This document shows positions 9,588-17,645 of a DNA stretch of 20,000 nucleotides, piece by piece; positions within the stretch are counted from its first letter, which is position 1; every line of letters begins with the position of its first letter. Both the position numbers and the translations under genes were made by a program. Below the pieces are notes generated by a model, which did not search any database, was not told the origin of the DNA, and saw only the letters and a list, made by a program, of their open reading frames with translations. The stretch spans positions 180,835-200,834 of the forward strand of contig NZ_SBIV01000008.1 in assembly GCF_004765795.1 (NCBI RefSeq), read 5' to 3'. The stretch is from Halorussus marinus (GTDB lineage Archaea; Halobacteriota; Halobacteria; Halobacteriales; Haladaptataceae).

Positions 9588-9818
9588 ATGGTCACCGCCT
9601 ACGTCATGGTCAAGGCCAACACCGGCGAGGCCGACCGGCTGAAATCCCAGATCCTCGACATCGGGGGGGTCGACGACGCGCACATCGTGGCCGGCGACGT
9701 CGACATCATCGCCAAGGTCGACGTCGAGTCGCCCGCGGCGGTCAAGGAGATCGCGGCCGACGGGATCCAGCACGTCGCGGGGGTCGAGGACACCCAGACG
9801 TACATCGCGATGGACTGA
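9588..9818 (+). CDS. Stand-alone Lrp/AsnC ligand-binding (RAM) domain protein, 76 aa
   Basis: MVTAYVMV...AHIVAGDVDIIA...TQTY; starts 1 nt after the trkA stop, with GGGGG SD-like run upstream. Confidence 0.9.
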   Translation: MVTAYVMVKANTGEADRLKSQILDIGGVDDAHIVAGDVDIIAKVDVESPAAVKEIAADGIQHVAGVEDTQTYIAMD

Positions 9819-9827
9819 CGTAACCGC

Positions 9828-10346
9828 TCAGAGCGGCGGGGCGCCCGACGGACCGTCGGGCGCGTCGTCGCCGGGCTCGTCGTCGTAGTTTTGAGTCGCC
9901 CGGTCGAGCAGGCTCGCGGCCGGCTCTCGGTAGTCGTAGCCGGGGATGATCCCCTGGACCCACGTCCCCTCGACGTAGTCGACGATCGCCTTCGCGTCGT
10001 CGGGCGCGCCGGCGGGGTCCTCGCGGGCGAACCCGACGACGACCGAGACCGCCTCGCCCTCGCGGCGTATCTCGGGCGGGTCGGCGTCGTCGGTCTCGGC
10101 GACCGCGTGGACGTCGTCGAGTCGGCGTTCGAGCGTCTCGAACCAGCCGTCCGCGACCACGTCGGCGACGGTCTCGCCCGCGACGACGGCGTCGATCTCG
10201 GGCGCCCGGACGGTCACGCGGTACGCGCCGTCATCCGCGACGGTGGTGTTCTCGAACGGCGTGGAAGTCACGGCGAACGCGCCGCCGTCGGTCGGCTCGA
10301 AGTCGGGATGACGGCGAAAGGCTCGCTCGGCGGAGTCGTCGGTCAT
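9828..10346 (-). CDS. Conserved haloarchaeal protein (DUF5813-like), 172 aa
   Basis: Acidic C-terminal part of the 1024-aa shadow ORF; start ATG 10346 (MTDDSAERAF); VVADGWFETLERRL, YVEGTWVQGIIPGYDY. Family name is from recall and unverified. Confidence 0.75.
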   Translation of the reverse strand: MTDDSAERAFRRHPDFEPTDGGAFAVTSTPFENTTVADDGAYRVTVRAPEIDAVVAGETVADVVADGWFETLERRLDDVHAVAETDDADPPEIRREGEAVSVVVGFAREDPAGAPDDAKAIVDYVEGTWVQGIIPGYDYREPAASLLDRATQNYDDEPGDDAPDGPSGAPPL

Positions 10347-10445
10347 TCGGGCGAGAGTAGGGGAGTCGGGGGAATGTGAGTTTCGACTGGGATGCGACCG
10401 ACGCCCATCAAAATCACTATACCGCTCAGTACACATACAGACGCT

Positions 10446-12761
10446 ATGGATTCCGGGGGCGGGACGATCGCCGAGATGCTGGGAGCGCTCGAAGCGATCG
10501 GTTCGGCGGGCGAACCGGTCACCGCGGGCGAGATCGCAGCCGAGTTCGGCGGCGCTCGGGAGGCGGCGGCCGAGCGCCTCGACGAACTCGTCGAGCGCGG
10601 CGACGCCGAGACCAAGTCCGTCGGCGGCGAGCGGGTGTGGTGGCGGTCGCCGGACCCCGAGGCGCTCGGAGCGGCTCGATTCCGCTCGCTCGTCGACGCG
10701 GTCGAGGAGTACGCCATCTTCATGCTCGACCCCGAAGGGCGGGTCGTGACGTGGAACTCCGGGGCCAGCGCGATCAAGGGGTACGACGAACGCGAGATCA
10801 TCGGCGAACACTTCTCGACGTTCTACACGGCCGAGGACGTCGAGGCTGGCGTCCCCGAGCGGAACCTCGCGGCCGCGGCCGAGCGGGGCCGCACCGAAGA
10901 CGAGGGGTGGCGGGTCCGGGCGGACGGCTCGCGGTTCTGGGCAAACATCGTCCTCACCGCCATCCGGGACGACGACGGGACGCTCGAAGGGTTCGCGAAG
11001 GTGACCCGCGACATGACCGAGCGCCGCGAGCGCGAACAGCGGTTCCGCCGCGAGCGCGACCAGACCCGACAGTTGCTCAAGACGTCGCCGGTGGCCCTCG
11101 CCGTGCGTGACGCCGAGGGCGAGGTGCAGTTGGCGAACGAACGCGCCCGAGAGCTGTTCGGCGAAACCGGGTGGGGCCTCGACGAGAGAGCGGTCCCGGA
11201 CGCGGGTGGCGGGAGCGAAGCGTTCCCGACGGCACGGGTCCGGGAGACCGGCGAGCCCGTCTCCGACCAACTCGTCCCCATAGAGTCGGCCGACGGCGAG
11301 CGCCGGTGGCTCTCGGTGAGCGCCGCGCCGGTGTTCGACGCCGACGGCGGCCTCGAACGGGTGATCGTCGCGGGCGAGGACGTGACCGACCTCAAGCGAC
11401 GCGAGCGCGAACTCGAAACCGAACTGGCGGAGATTCTCGGACGGGTCTCGGACGCCTTCTACGCGCTCGACGAGGAGTTCCGGTTCACCCACGTCAACGA
11501 CCGCGCCCAAGAGCTCCTCCAGCGCTCGGAGTCGGAACTGCTCGGCGAGCGCCTCTGGGAGGTATTCCCCGAGGCCGCCGACGACGACGACGTCTGGGGG
11601 AGCTTCCACGAGGCGGTCGACACCCAGACCGCCACCAGCTACGAGGTGTACTTCGAGCCCCTCGACCTCTGGGTGGAGGCCAGCGTCTACCCCTCCGAGA
11701 CCGGCGTGTCGGTGTACTTCCGGGACGTGTCCGAGCGGATCGACCGCGAGCGGGCGCTCGCCGACTCCGAGCGCCGATACCGCACGCTCGCCGAGAACTT
11801 CCCGAACGGGATCGTCACGCTGTTCGACGACGACCACCGGTACACGGTCGCGGCCGGCGAAGCGTTCGACTCGCTCGATCTCGCCCCGGCGGACGTCGAG
11901 GGTCGAACGCCGACCGACGTGTGGAACGACGAGACGGTCGCCGAGACCATCGAGGAGACGATGGACGCCGCCCTCGACGGCGACGAGGAGTCGATCGAGA
12001 TCGCGTACGCCGGCCGGGAGTGGGTCGTCTACGCGGTCCCGGTCGACCGCGAGGACGGGACGGTCACCTCCGGGATGACCATGTCGCTTGACATCACCGA
12101 GCGCAAGGAGCGCGAGCGCCGACTGGAGCGGTTCGCGAGCGTCATCTCCCACGGGCTCCGGAACCCGCTGGAGATCGCCCAGATCTACCTCGACATGGCC
12201 CGGGACGACGGCGACCCCGGGGACTTCGACCAGATCGAGCGCGCGCTCGACCGGATGGAGACCATCATCCGGAACCTGCTCACGACGAGCCGCGGCGGGC
12301 AGGGGGTCGCCGCGACCGAGGCGGTCGCGGTCGCCGGCGTCGCCGAGCAGGCATGGCAGACCGTCGAGACGCCCGACGCGACGCTGGTCGTCGGGGACGA
12401 GACGGGGAGCGTGGTGGCAGACGCCGACCAGCTCAAGACCGTGCTGGAGAACCTGTTTCGCAACGCGATGGAGTACGGCTCGCCGGCCGACGACGCGGCC
12501 GGCGGCACGACCGTCCGCGTCGGACACCACGACGACGGCTTCTACGTCGAAGACGACGGGCCCGGGATCCCGCCCGACAAGCGCGAGGAGGTGTTCGAGT
12601 ACGGCTACACATCGGGGAGCGGGACCGGTATCGGGCTCGCGGTCGTCCGCGACATCGCGGAGGTCCACGGCTGGGATGTCGCCGCGACCGAGGGAACTGA
12701 CGGCGGCGCGCGCTTCGAGATCCGCGGCGTGACGCGACCGGCCCCAGACGGCGGAGAGTAG
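10446..12761 (+). CDS. Soluble sensor histidine kinase: N-terminal wHTH-like domain, four PAS/PAC domains, HisKA, HATPase_c
   Basis: Start ATG 10446, 771 aa; PAS ends RDMTER, EDVTDLK, RDVSER, LDITERK; H-box SHGLRNPL; N-box ENLFRNA; G1 EDDGPGIP; G2 GTGIGL; no transmembrane stretch seen. Confidence 0.92.
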   Translation: MDSGGGTIAEMLGALEAIGSAGEPVTAGEIAAEFGGAREAAAERLDELVERGDAETKSVGGERVWWRSPDPEALGAARFRSLVDAVEEYAIFMLDPEGRVVTWNSGASAIKGYDEREIIGEHFSTFYTAEDVEAGVPERNLAAAAERGRTEDEGWRVRADGSRFWANIVLTAIRDDDGTLEGFAKVTRDMTERREREQRFRRERDQTRQLLKTSPVALAVRDAEGEVQLANERARELFGETGWGLDERAVPDAGGGSEAFPTARVRETGEPVSDQLVPIESADGERRWLSVSAAPVFDADGGLERVIVAGEDVTDLKRRERELETELAEILGRVSDAFYALDEEFRFTHVNDRAQELLQRSESELLGERLWEVFPEAADDDDVWGSFHEAVDTQTATSYEVYFEPLDLWVEASVYPSETGVSVYFRDVSERIDRERALADSERRYRTLAENFPNGIVTLFDDDHRYTVAAGEAFDSLDLAPADVEGRTPTDVWNDETVAETIEETMDAALDGDEESIEIAYAGREWVVYAVPVDREDGTVTSGMTMSLDITERKERERRLERFASVISHGLRNPLEIAQIYLDMARDDGDPGDFDQIERALDRMETIIRNLLTTSRGGQGVAATEAVAVAGVAEQAWQTVETPDATLVVGDETGSVVADADQLKTVLENLFRNAMEYGSPADDAAGGTTVRVGHHDDGFYVEDDGPGIPPDKREEVFEYGYTSGSGTGIGLAVVRDIAEVHGWDVAATEGTDGGARFEIRGVTRPAPDGGE

Positions 12762-12799
12762 CGGAGCGGTCGCCGTGCCGTAGCGCGCAAGCAGTCGTG

Positions 12800-12912
12800 G
12801 CGCGAGCGACCGACGGGAGCGAGCGGGCCGAGCGAGGGCCGGAGGGACGAGCCCAGGTTTTTCGATCGAGCTTTGTATCGAGCGAGCGTCGCCGTCGGCC
12901 ACGCTCGCGATA
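12800..12912. repeat. Haloarchaeal intergenic GCGAGCG-rich repeat/hairpin element
   Basis: Reiterated (G)CGAGCG units at 12800-12852, a T-rich core GTTTTTCGATCGAGCTTTG, and an 8-bp stem GCGAGCGT (12882-12889) / ACGCTCGC (12901-12908). Confidence 0.45.
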
Positions 12913-12924
12913 AGACGGTCGGTA

Positions 12925-13009
12925 TGCGAGGGATGGGATTCGAACCCATGGACCTCTACAGGAGCGGGTCTTAAGCCCGCCGCCGTTGGCCAGGCTGGGC
13001 AACCCTCGC
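12925..13009 (-). tRNA. tRNA-Leu (anticodon TAA), 85 nt, intronless, CCA not encoded
   Basis: GCGAGGG/CCCTCGC acceptor stem plus discriminator A, anticodon arm GCGGG-CTTAAGA-CCCGC, long variable arm, T arm ATGGG-TTCGAAT-CCCAT. Confidence 0.97.
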
Positions 13010-13065
13010 GCGGTTCGGGGTTGTCTGTCGGTCAAGAAGTGGGTTTCGGTCCGAAAGCCGGGCGA

Positions 13066-13614
13066 CTACTCGTGGATCTCGACCGATTCGAGCACCACGT
13101 CCTCGCGAGGCTGGTCGTTGCGGTCGGTCTCGACCGACCCGATCTCCTCGACGACGTCCATCCCGTCGACGACCTCGCCGAAGACGGCGTGCTTGTCGTC
13201 GAGGTGGGGCTGGGCGTCCAGCGTGATGAAGAACTGCGAGCCGTTGGTGTCCGGGCCGCTGTTGGCCATCGAGAGGACGCCGGCGTCGTCGTGGCGGAGT
13301 TCGTCGTGGAACTCGTCTTCGAACTCGTAGCCGGGGCCGCCGCGGCCGGTCTCGGTCGGGTCGCCGCCCTGAATCATGAAGTCCTCGATGATCCGGTGGA
13401 ACACCACGTCGTCGTACAGCGCGTCGCCCCGCACCTCGCCGGTCTCGGGGTCGGCCCACGTCTTCGTCTCCGGAGCGGGCTCGGCGTCGGCCGCGGGGTC
13501 GTGTTTCGCGAGATTGACGAAGTTCTCGACCGTCGTCGGCGCGCGCTCGTCGAACAGTCGGACCTCGATGTCGCCGCGATTCGTGTGAAGCGTCGCCGTT
13601 AGCTCGTCTGCCAT
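13066..13614 (-). CDS. ppiA: Cyclophilin-type peptidyl-prolyl cis-trans isomerase
   Basis: 182 aa; APTTVENF, FHRIIEDFMIQGGDP, LSMANSGPDTNGSQFFIT, HLDDKHAVFG. Confidence 0.95.
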   Translation of the reverse strand: MADELTATLHTNRGDIEVRLFDERAPTTVENFVNLAKHDPAADAEPAPETKTWADPETGEVRGDALYDDVVFHRIIEDFMIQGGDPTETGRGGPGYEFEDEFHDELRHDDAGVLSMANSGPDTNGSQFFITLDAQPHLDDKHAVFGEVVDGMDVVEEIGSVETDRNDQPREDVVLESVEIHE

Positions 13615-13693
13615 GGCTCATCGGAGGGCGGCCGGAGGGAAAACCCTGCCGGAGACCGGACATTCAACTACCGCGGCGGCGAGGCGTGAGACG

Positions 13694-14656
13694 ATGGACC
13701 ACACCGCAGACCGACTGACGCTCGCGCGACTCCCGTCGGGCGTCGAGATCGCCACAACCATCCACACATACGAGGGCGCGGCCGACGGGCCGACCGTCTA
13801 CGTGCAGGCGGCCCAGCACGGTCAGGAAATCAACGGCACCGAAACCCTCCGGCGGGTCCACGACCGCCTGCTCGACGCCGAGGGGGCCGGCCGGATCGTC
13901 GCGGTGCCGGTCGCCGACCCGCTGACCTTCGATCACGTCTCGTACACGACTCCCGAGCAGTTCGACAGCGTCAACCCGAACATGAACCGCGTCTGGCCGG
14001 GCGACCCCGACGGGACGCTCCACCAGCGGATGGCCGCCGCGCTCTGGGAGTACGCCGGCGACGCCGACGCCATCGTCGACCTCCACACCGGCGGCCCGAA
14101 CTACCTGACCCACGTCGTGTTCATGGAGGGCGACGAGGAGTCGCGGGCGCTCGCCGAGGCGTTTGGCACCGACCTCCTGCTCTCTGAGGAGGCGGGCGAG
14201 GACGCCGACGCCGAGTGGGCGGCCCGGGATTTCGGCGGCAAGCTCCGGGTCGCGGCCACCGACGAGGGCATCCCCTCGATCACGCCCGAACTCGCGCACA
14301 ACAAGCAGATCGTCGAGGACGCCGTCGAGCGCGGGGTTGTCGGCACGCTGAACGCGTTCCGGCACCTCGGCGTGCTCGACGGCGCGATCGAGGAGAACGG
14401 CGATCCGACGCTGGCGCGCAACCACCTCGGGCGGGTCACCGCCGACGACTCGGGGCTGTTTCGGGCGAGCCCCGACCACGCGGTCGGCGACGAGGTCGAG
14501 GAGGGCGAACACCTCGGGACGCTGTACGATCCCGCCTCCTACGAGGTGCTCCAAGAAGCGCGGGCAGATCGGGACGGTATCCTCTACTCGCTGGCCCAAG
14601 AGGCGACGGTCGCCGGAGGCGACACGCTCCTGAACGTGGCGTGGCGCCGCGAGTAG
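13694..14656 (+). CDS. Succinylglutamate desuccinylase/aspartoacylase (AstE/AspA, M14-like) family protein
   Basis: Start ATG 13694, 320 aa; Zn ligands HGQE and DLHT, NMNRVWPG, catalytic Glu in ITPEL, C-terminal lipoyl-like VGDEVEEG. Confidence 0.88.
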   Translation: MDHTADRLTLARLPSGVEIATTIHTYEGAADGPTVYVQAAQHGQEINGTETLRRVHDRLLDAEGAGRIVAVPVADPLTFDHVSYTTPEQFDSVNPNMNRVWPGDPDGTLHQRMAAALWEYAGDADAIVDLHTGGPNYLTHVVFMEGDEESRALAEAFGTDLLLSEEAGEDADAEWAARDFGGKLRVAATDEGIPSITPELAHNKQIVEDAVERGVVGTLNAFRHLGVLDGAIEENGDPTLARNHLGRVTADDSGLFRASPDHAVGDEVEEGEHLGTLYDPASYEVLQEARADRDGILYSLAQEATVAGGDTLLNVAWRRE

Positions 14657-15036
14657 CCGGATAGCGCCCGACAGTCCCATCAGAGGACTCGACGACGGGT
14701 CGGGTCGGGCGTCCTCGCGGCAGAGGGCTGGCGTCGTCGCGTCGCAACTGAGCGTCGTCTGGATTCGCGAATCGGTCGAGGGCGGCGACTGCAATCTATC
14801 GCGTCAGCGGGGGTGACCTGCGCGCCGTCGCGATCGGCGAGATCGGAGCGCGCTGGGCGGTCGAGTGGACGGCGGTCGACGCCGCCGCCCTGAAGAGACC
14901 CAACTGCCGTCGTCGAAGGCGCGAGCGCCACGCGTCGCTTCGAGCGGGAGCCACTAATATGCTCGCTGAACGCAGATTAAGTTAGATAAAAGACACGTCT
15001 GACGCGCCGCGAGCGCCGTCGCGGGCCCGAGCCGGC

Positions 15037-16308
15037 TTAGTCGAGGCTTCGGATCGTCTCGGCGACCACGCCGACGCCGATGTCGAGCGACTCCTCCTCG
15101 ATGTCGAAGTAGGCGGTGTGGTGGCCCGCGGGGTTGCTCGCGCCGATCCCGAGGTAGGTCGCCCGTCCGCCTTCCTCCTGAACCCGCCGGATGAGATACG
15201 AGGCGTCTTCGCTCCCGCCGAACTCCTTGCGCTCGCGGACCTCCTCGACGCCCGCGGCCTCGGGCGCCGCGTCCAGCACCGCCTCGACCACCGCATCGTC
15301 GGCGCCGAAGGTCGTTGTCTTCCCGTACAGGCTGGTCGAGAGGTCGACGTCGTGCATCTCCGCGGCGGCATCGAGAACGCGCTCGGCCTTCCCGAGCATG
15401 TACTCGTTGAGGTCGGCGGTCCGGCCCCGGACCTCGACACGCATCTCGGCGCGCTCGGCGATGACGTTCTGAGCGTTCGGCGAGTGGACCTTCCCGACGT
15501 TGATCCGGGTCGCGCCGTCCTCGTGGCGCGGGATCGCATAGAGGTTCTGGACGGCGGTCGCGGCCGCCTGCAGGGCGTTGCGGCCCTCGTTTGGCCGCCC
15601 GCCCGCGTGAGCCGGCTCGCCCTCGAAGACCACGTCGAGCTTCGCGTTGGCCAGCGGGCGCTCGTAGCTCGCCACGACGGTGCCGGTCTCCAGTCCGAGC
15701 CCGAGGTGGAGCGCCAGCAGGTAGTCGAGGTCCGCGAGGTGGTCGGTCTCGCTCATCGGTTTCCCGCCGCGACCGCCCTCCTCGGCGGGCTGGAAGAAGA
15801 GTTTGAGGGTGCCGTCGAAGCCGTCGTTCTCGGCGAACTCCCGAGCGATGCCCACGCCGATGGCGGTGTGGCCGTCGTGGCCGCAGGCGTGCATCTCCTC
15901 GGGGTGGGTGCTCGCGAACCCCTCGCGGGCCGGCCGGTGGTCGTCGTCGGTCGCCTCGGCGCGTTCGAGCGCGTCGATGTCGACCCGGACGCCGACCGCG
16001 GGCCCGGTGGCGTCGCCGAAGGCGCGCTCGGCGACCAGCCCGGTGATGCCGCCGGTCCGGTCGAGGTACGCCTCGGGAGCGCCCTCCTCGCGGGCGCGTT
16101 CGATCGCGGCGTCGATCTCGTCGTCGCCCGGCACCCCGAGTCGGGCGTCGGCCGCGACCGCCGCCTCGCCGAGGTGGACCTCGTAGCCGAGTTCGTCGAG
16201 TTCCTCGGCGACCAGCGCGGTCGTCCGGAACTCCTTCCAGCCGGCCTCCGGTCGCTCGTGGAGGTCTCTGCGCAGTTCTGTCAGCGTCTGCTCGCTCGTC
16301 TGGGCCAT
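15037..16308 (-). CDS. M20 family amidohydrolase (AbgA/Acy1-like)
   Basis: Start ATG 16308, 423 aa; RRDLHERPE, RVDIDAL, MHACGHDGH, FQPAEEG, AHAGGRP..GRNAL, GSEDA, GHHT. Confidence 0.9.
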   Translation of the reverse strand: MAQTSEQTLTELRRDLHERPEAGWKEFRTTALVAEELDELGYEVHLGEAAVAADARLGVPGDDEIDAAIERAREEGAPEAYLDRTGGITGLVAERAFGDATGPAVGVRVDIDALERAEATDDDHRPAREGFASTHPEEMHACGHDGHTAIGVGIAREFAENDGFDGTLKLFFQPAEEGGRGGKPMSETDHLADLDYLLALHLGLGLETGTVVASYERPLANAKLDVVFEGEPAHAGGRPNEGRNALQAAATAVQNLYAIPRHEDGATRINVGKVHSPNAQNVIAERAEMRVEVRGRTADLNEYMLGKAERVLDAAAEMHDVDLSTSLYGKTTTFGADDAVVEAVLDAAPEAAGVEEVRERKEFGGSEDASYLIRRVQEEGGRATYLGIGASNPAGHHTAYFDIEEESLDIGVGVVAETIRSLD

Positions 16309-16362
16309 GATACTGAGAGACGATCGCAAACGGACAAAGGAGTGACGGTGTCGGCAATCGGA

Positions 16363-16623
16363 CTATCGCTTCGCGGTGACGTACAGCACCGGCGCGACCA
16401 CGAGGAGCGCGATACCGAGGAACTTGAACTGGAGGGGCGCGAGGTCGGCGGGCGTGATGAGGAAGATCAGCCCGAACGCGGTGGCGTTAAGCGACAGGAC
16501 CTTCCGGGAGCCCAGCGGGATGGCCGCCAGCAGCGAGAGCACGAACAACAGCAACAACGCCTGGCCGGCGTTGTACTGGTTCACGAAGTCGTCGACCAGG
16601 GGCAGTGGTACGAACTCGAACAT
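16363..16623 (-). CDS. Small multi-pass membrane protein (86 aa), hypothetical
   Basis: About three hydrophobic helices; TTTAAA TATA at 16653-16658, about 30 nt upstream of the ATG. Confidence 0.8.
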   Translation of the reverse strand: MFEFVPLPLVDDFVNQYNAGQALLLLFVLSLLAAIPLGSRKVLSLNATAFGLIFLITPADLAPLQFKFLGIALLVVAPVLYVTAKR

Positions 16624-16678
16624 CCTTGGCTGAGAATCGAGCCGAAATACCCTTTAAAGTTCCGCTATACCCCCGTGA

Positions 16679-16876
16679 TCACGTCGTACCACGCAAGTCG
16701 AGGGGCCGAATCCAGACGAACCAGATCGCGATCATCGCGGTGAGATAGCCGCTCGCCCACACGAGCGACCCGAGCGTCCCGTGCCCCGCGGCGCTCAGCG
16801 CGTAGTGGGCGAGGCCGGGTGCGACGACGCCGATCGCGAGCGCGGCGCCGAACCGGAGTTTCTCGTCCGAGCCCAT
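16679..16876 (-). CDS. Small two-helix membrane protein (65 aa), hypothetical
   Basis: Start ATG 16876: MGSDEKLRFGAALAIGVVAPGLAHYAL...LVWASGYLTAMIAIWFVWIRPLDLRGTT; the upstream in-frame extension is not protein-like. Confidence 0.75.
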   Translation of the reverse strand: MGSDEKLRFGAALAIGVVAPGLAHYALSAAGHGTLGSLVWASGYLTAMIAIWFVWIRPLDLRGTT

Positions 16877-16969
16877 CACCGACCACCCTCGAATCGTTCG
16901 CGCATATCGCCACGTTCGGACTCTGGCACAGTTAACGGCTCGGTTCGGGGCGCGGACCGGCGCCCCGAA

Positions 16970-17086
16970 CAGGAGAGAAACGGCGCGGCGGCGGTGGCTG
17001 TAGTGACTGGCGTGTGGCGTGCGAGCACAGCGGGCCGGATGACAGGCGGTTCCAGGCGACGGCGAATCGGGGGCGACGCACGCCAC
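16970..17086 (-). ncRNA. Candidate structured small RNA or leader
   Basis: TTTTTA TATA (17110-17115, minus) 24-29 nt upstream of G17086; 10-bp stem GTGGCGTGCG/CGCACGCCAC; pyrimidine tract TTTCTCTCC followed by an 11-bp hairpin. Confidence 0.4.
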
Positions 17087-17228
17087 GCTTTCTCCGAGCC
17101 ATCGGATAGTAAAAAGGCTCGCTAATTGTTCAATATAGGTCTCTATATCGGGCGATCGACCGATGGGCGGGGTAAACGGCCGGCTCACCGGGGGTGGCTT
17201 TTTGTCGGCGGCGTCCGACCGTCGAGAT

Positions 17229-17579
17229 GTGAGCGCGATTACCTTCTTCGGGACGACCGACCTGGAACGTATCGTCGACTTCTACGTCGAAGAGATCGGC
17301 GCAGAGGTGTGGCTCGAACAGACCGACTGCACGATCCTGAAGTACGACAACCAACTGCTCGGGTTCTGCGACCGCGACGATCCGGACACCGAGGGCATCC
17401 TCACGTTCGTCTACCCCGACCGGGCGGGCGTCGACGAGATGCACCGGACGCTCGCCGACCGCGCCCGCGAGGAGCCCCGCGAGAACGACGAGTACGAGGT
17501 CTACCAGTTCTTCGCGGAGGACCCCGACGGACGGACCGTCGAGTGCCAGACGTTCCTCCATCCGACCGATCCGGTGTGA
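17229..17579 (+). CDS. VOC (glyoxalase/bleomycin-resistance-like) family protein
   Basis: Likely GTG start 17229 (MSAITFFGTTDLERIVDFY), 116 aa; FFAEDPDGRTVE; T-rich TATA-like element at about 17199-17203. Confidence 0.85.
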   Translation: MSAITFFGTTDLERIVDFYVEEIGAEVWLEQTDCTILKYDNQLLGFCDRDDPDTEGILTFVYPDRAGVDEMHRTLADRAREEPRENDEYEVYQFFAEDPDGRTVECQTFLHPTDPV

Positions 17580-17645
17580 CCCGCGGCGCCGAACCCTCAA
17601 CGAACCACGATAACGTATAACACATCCCGGCCCGTACTTCCGACC

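Noticed and set aside
9828..12902. 1024-aa minus-strand ORF suggesting a giant fusion protein
   Set aside because: Only the last 172 aa (from ATG 10346) look real; the rest is the antisense shadow of the histidine kinase.
10347..13009. Possible island integrated at the tRNA-Leu 3' end
   Set aside because: No integrase, no duplicate of the tRNA 3' end spotted in the window, and the kinase gene has host-like GC and codon usage.
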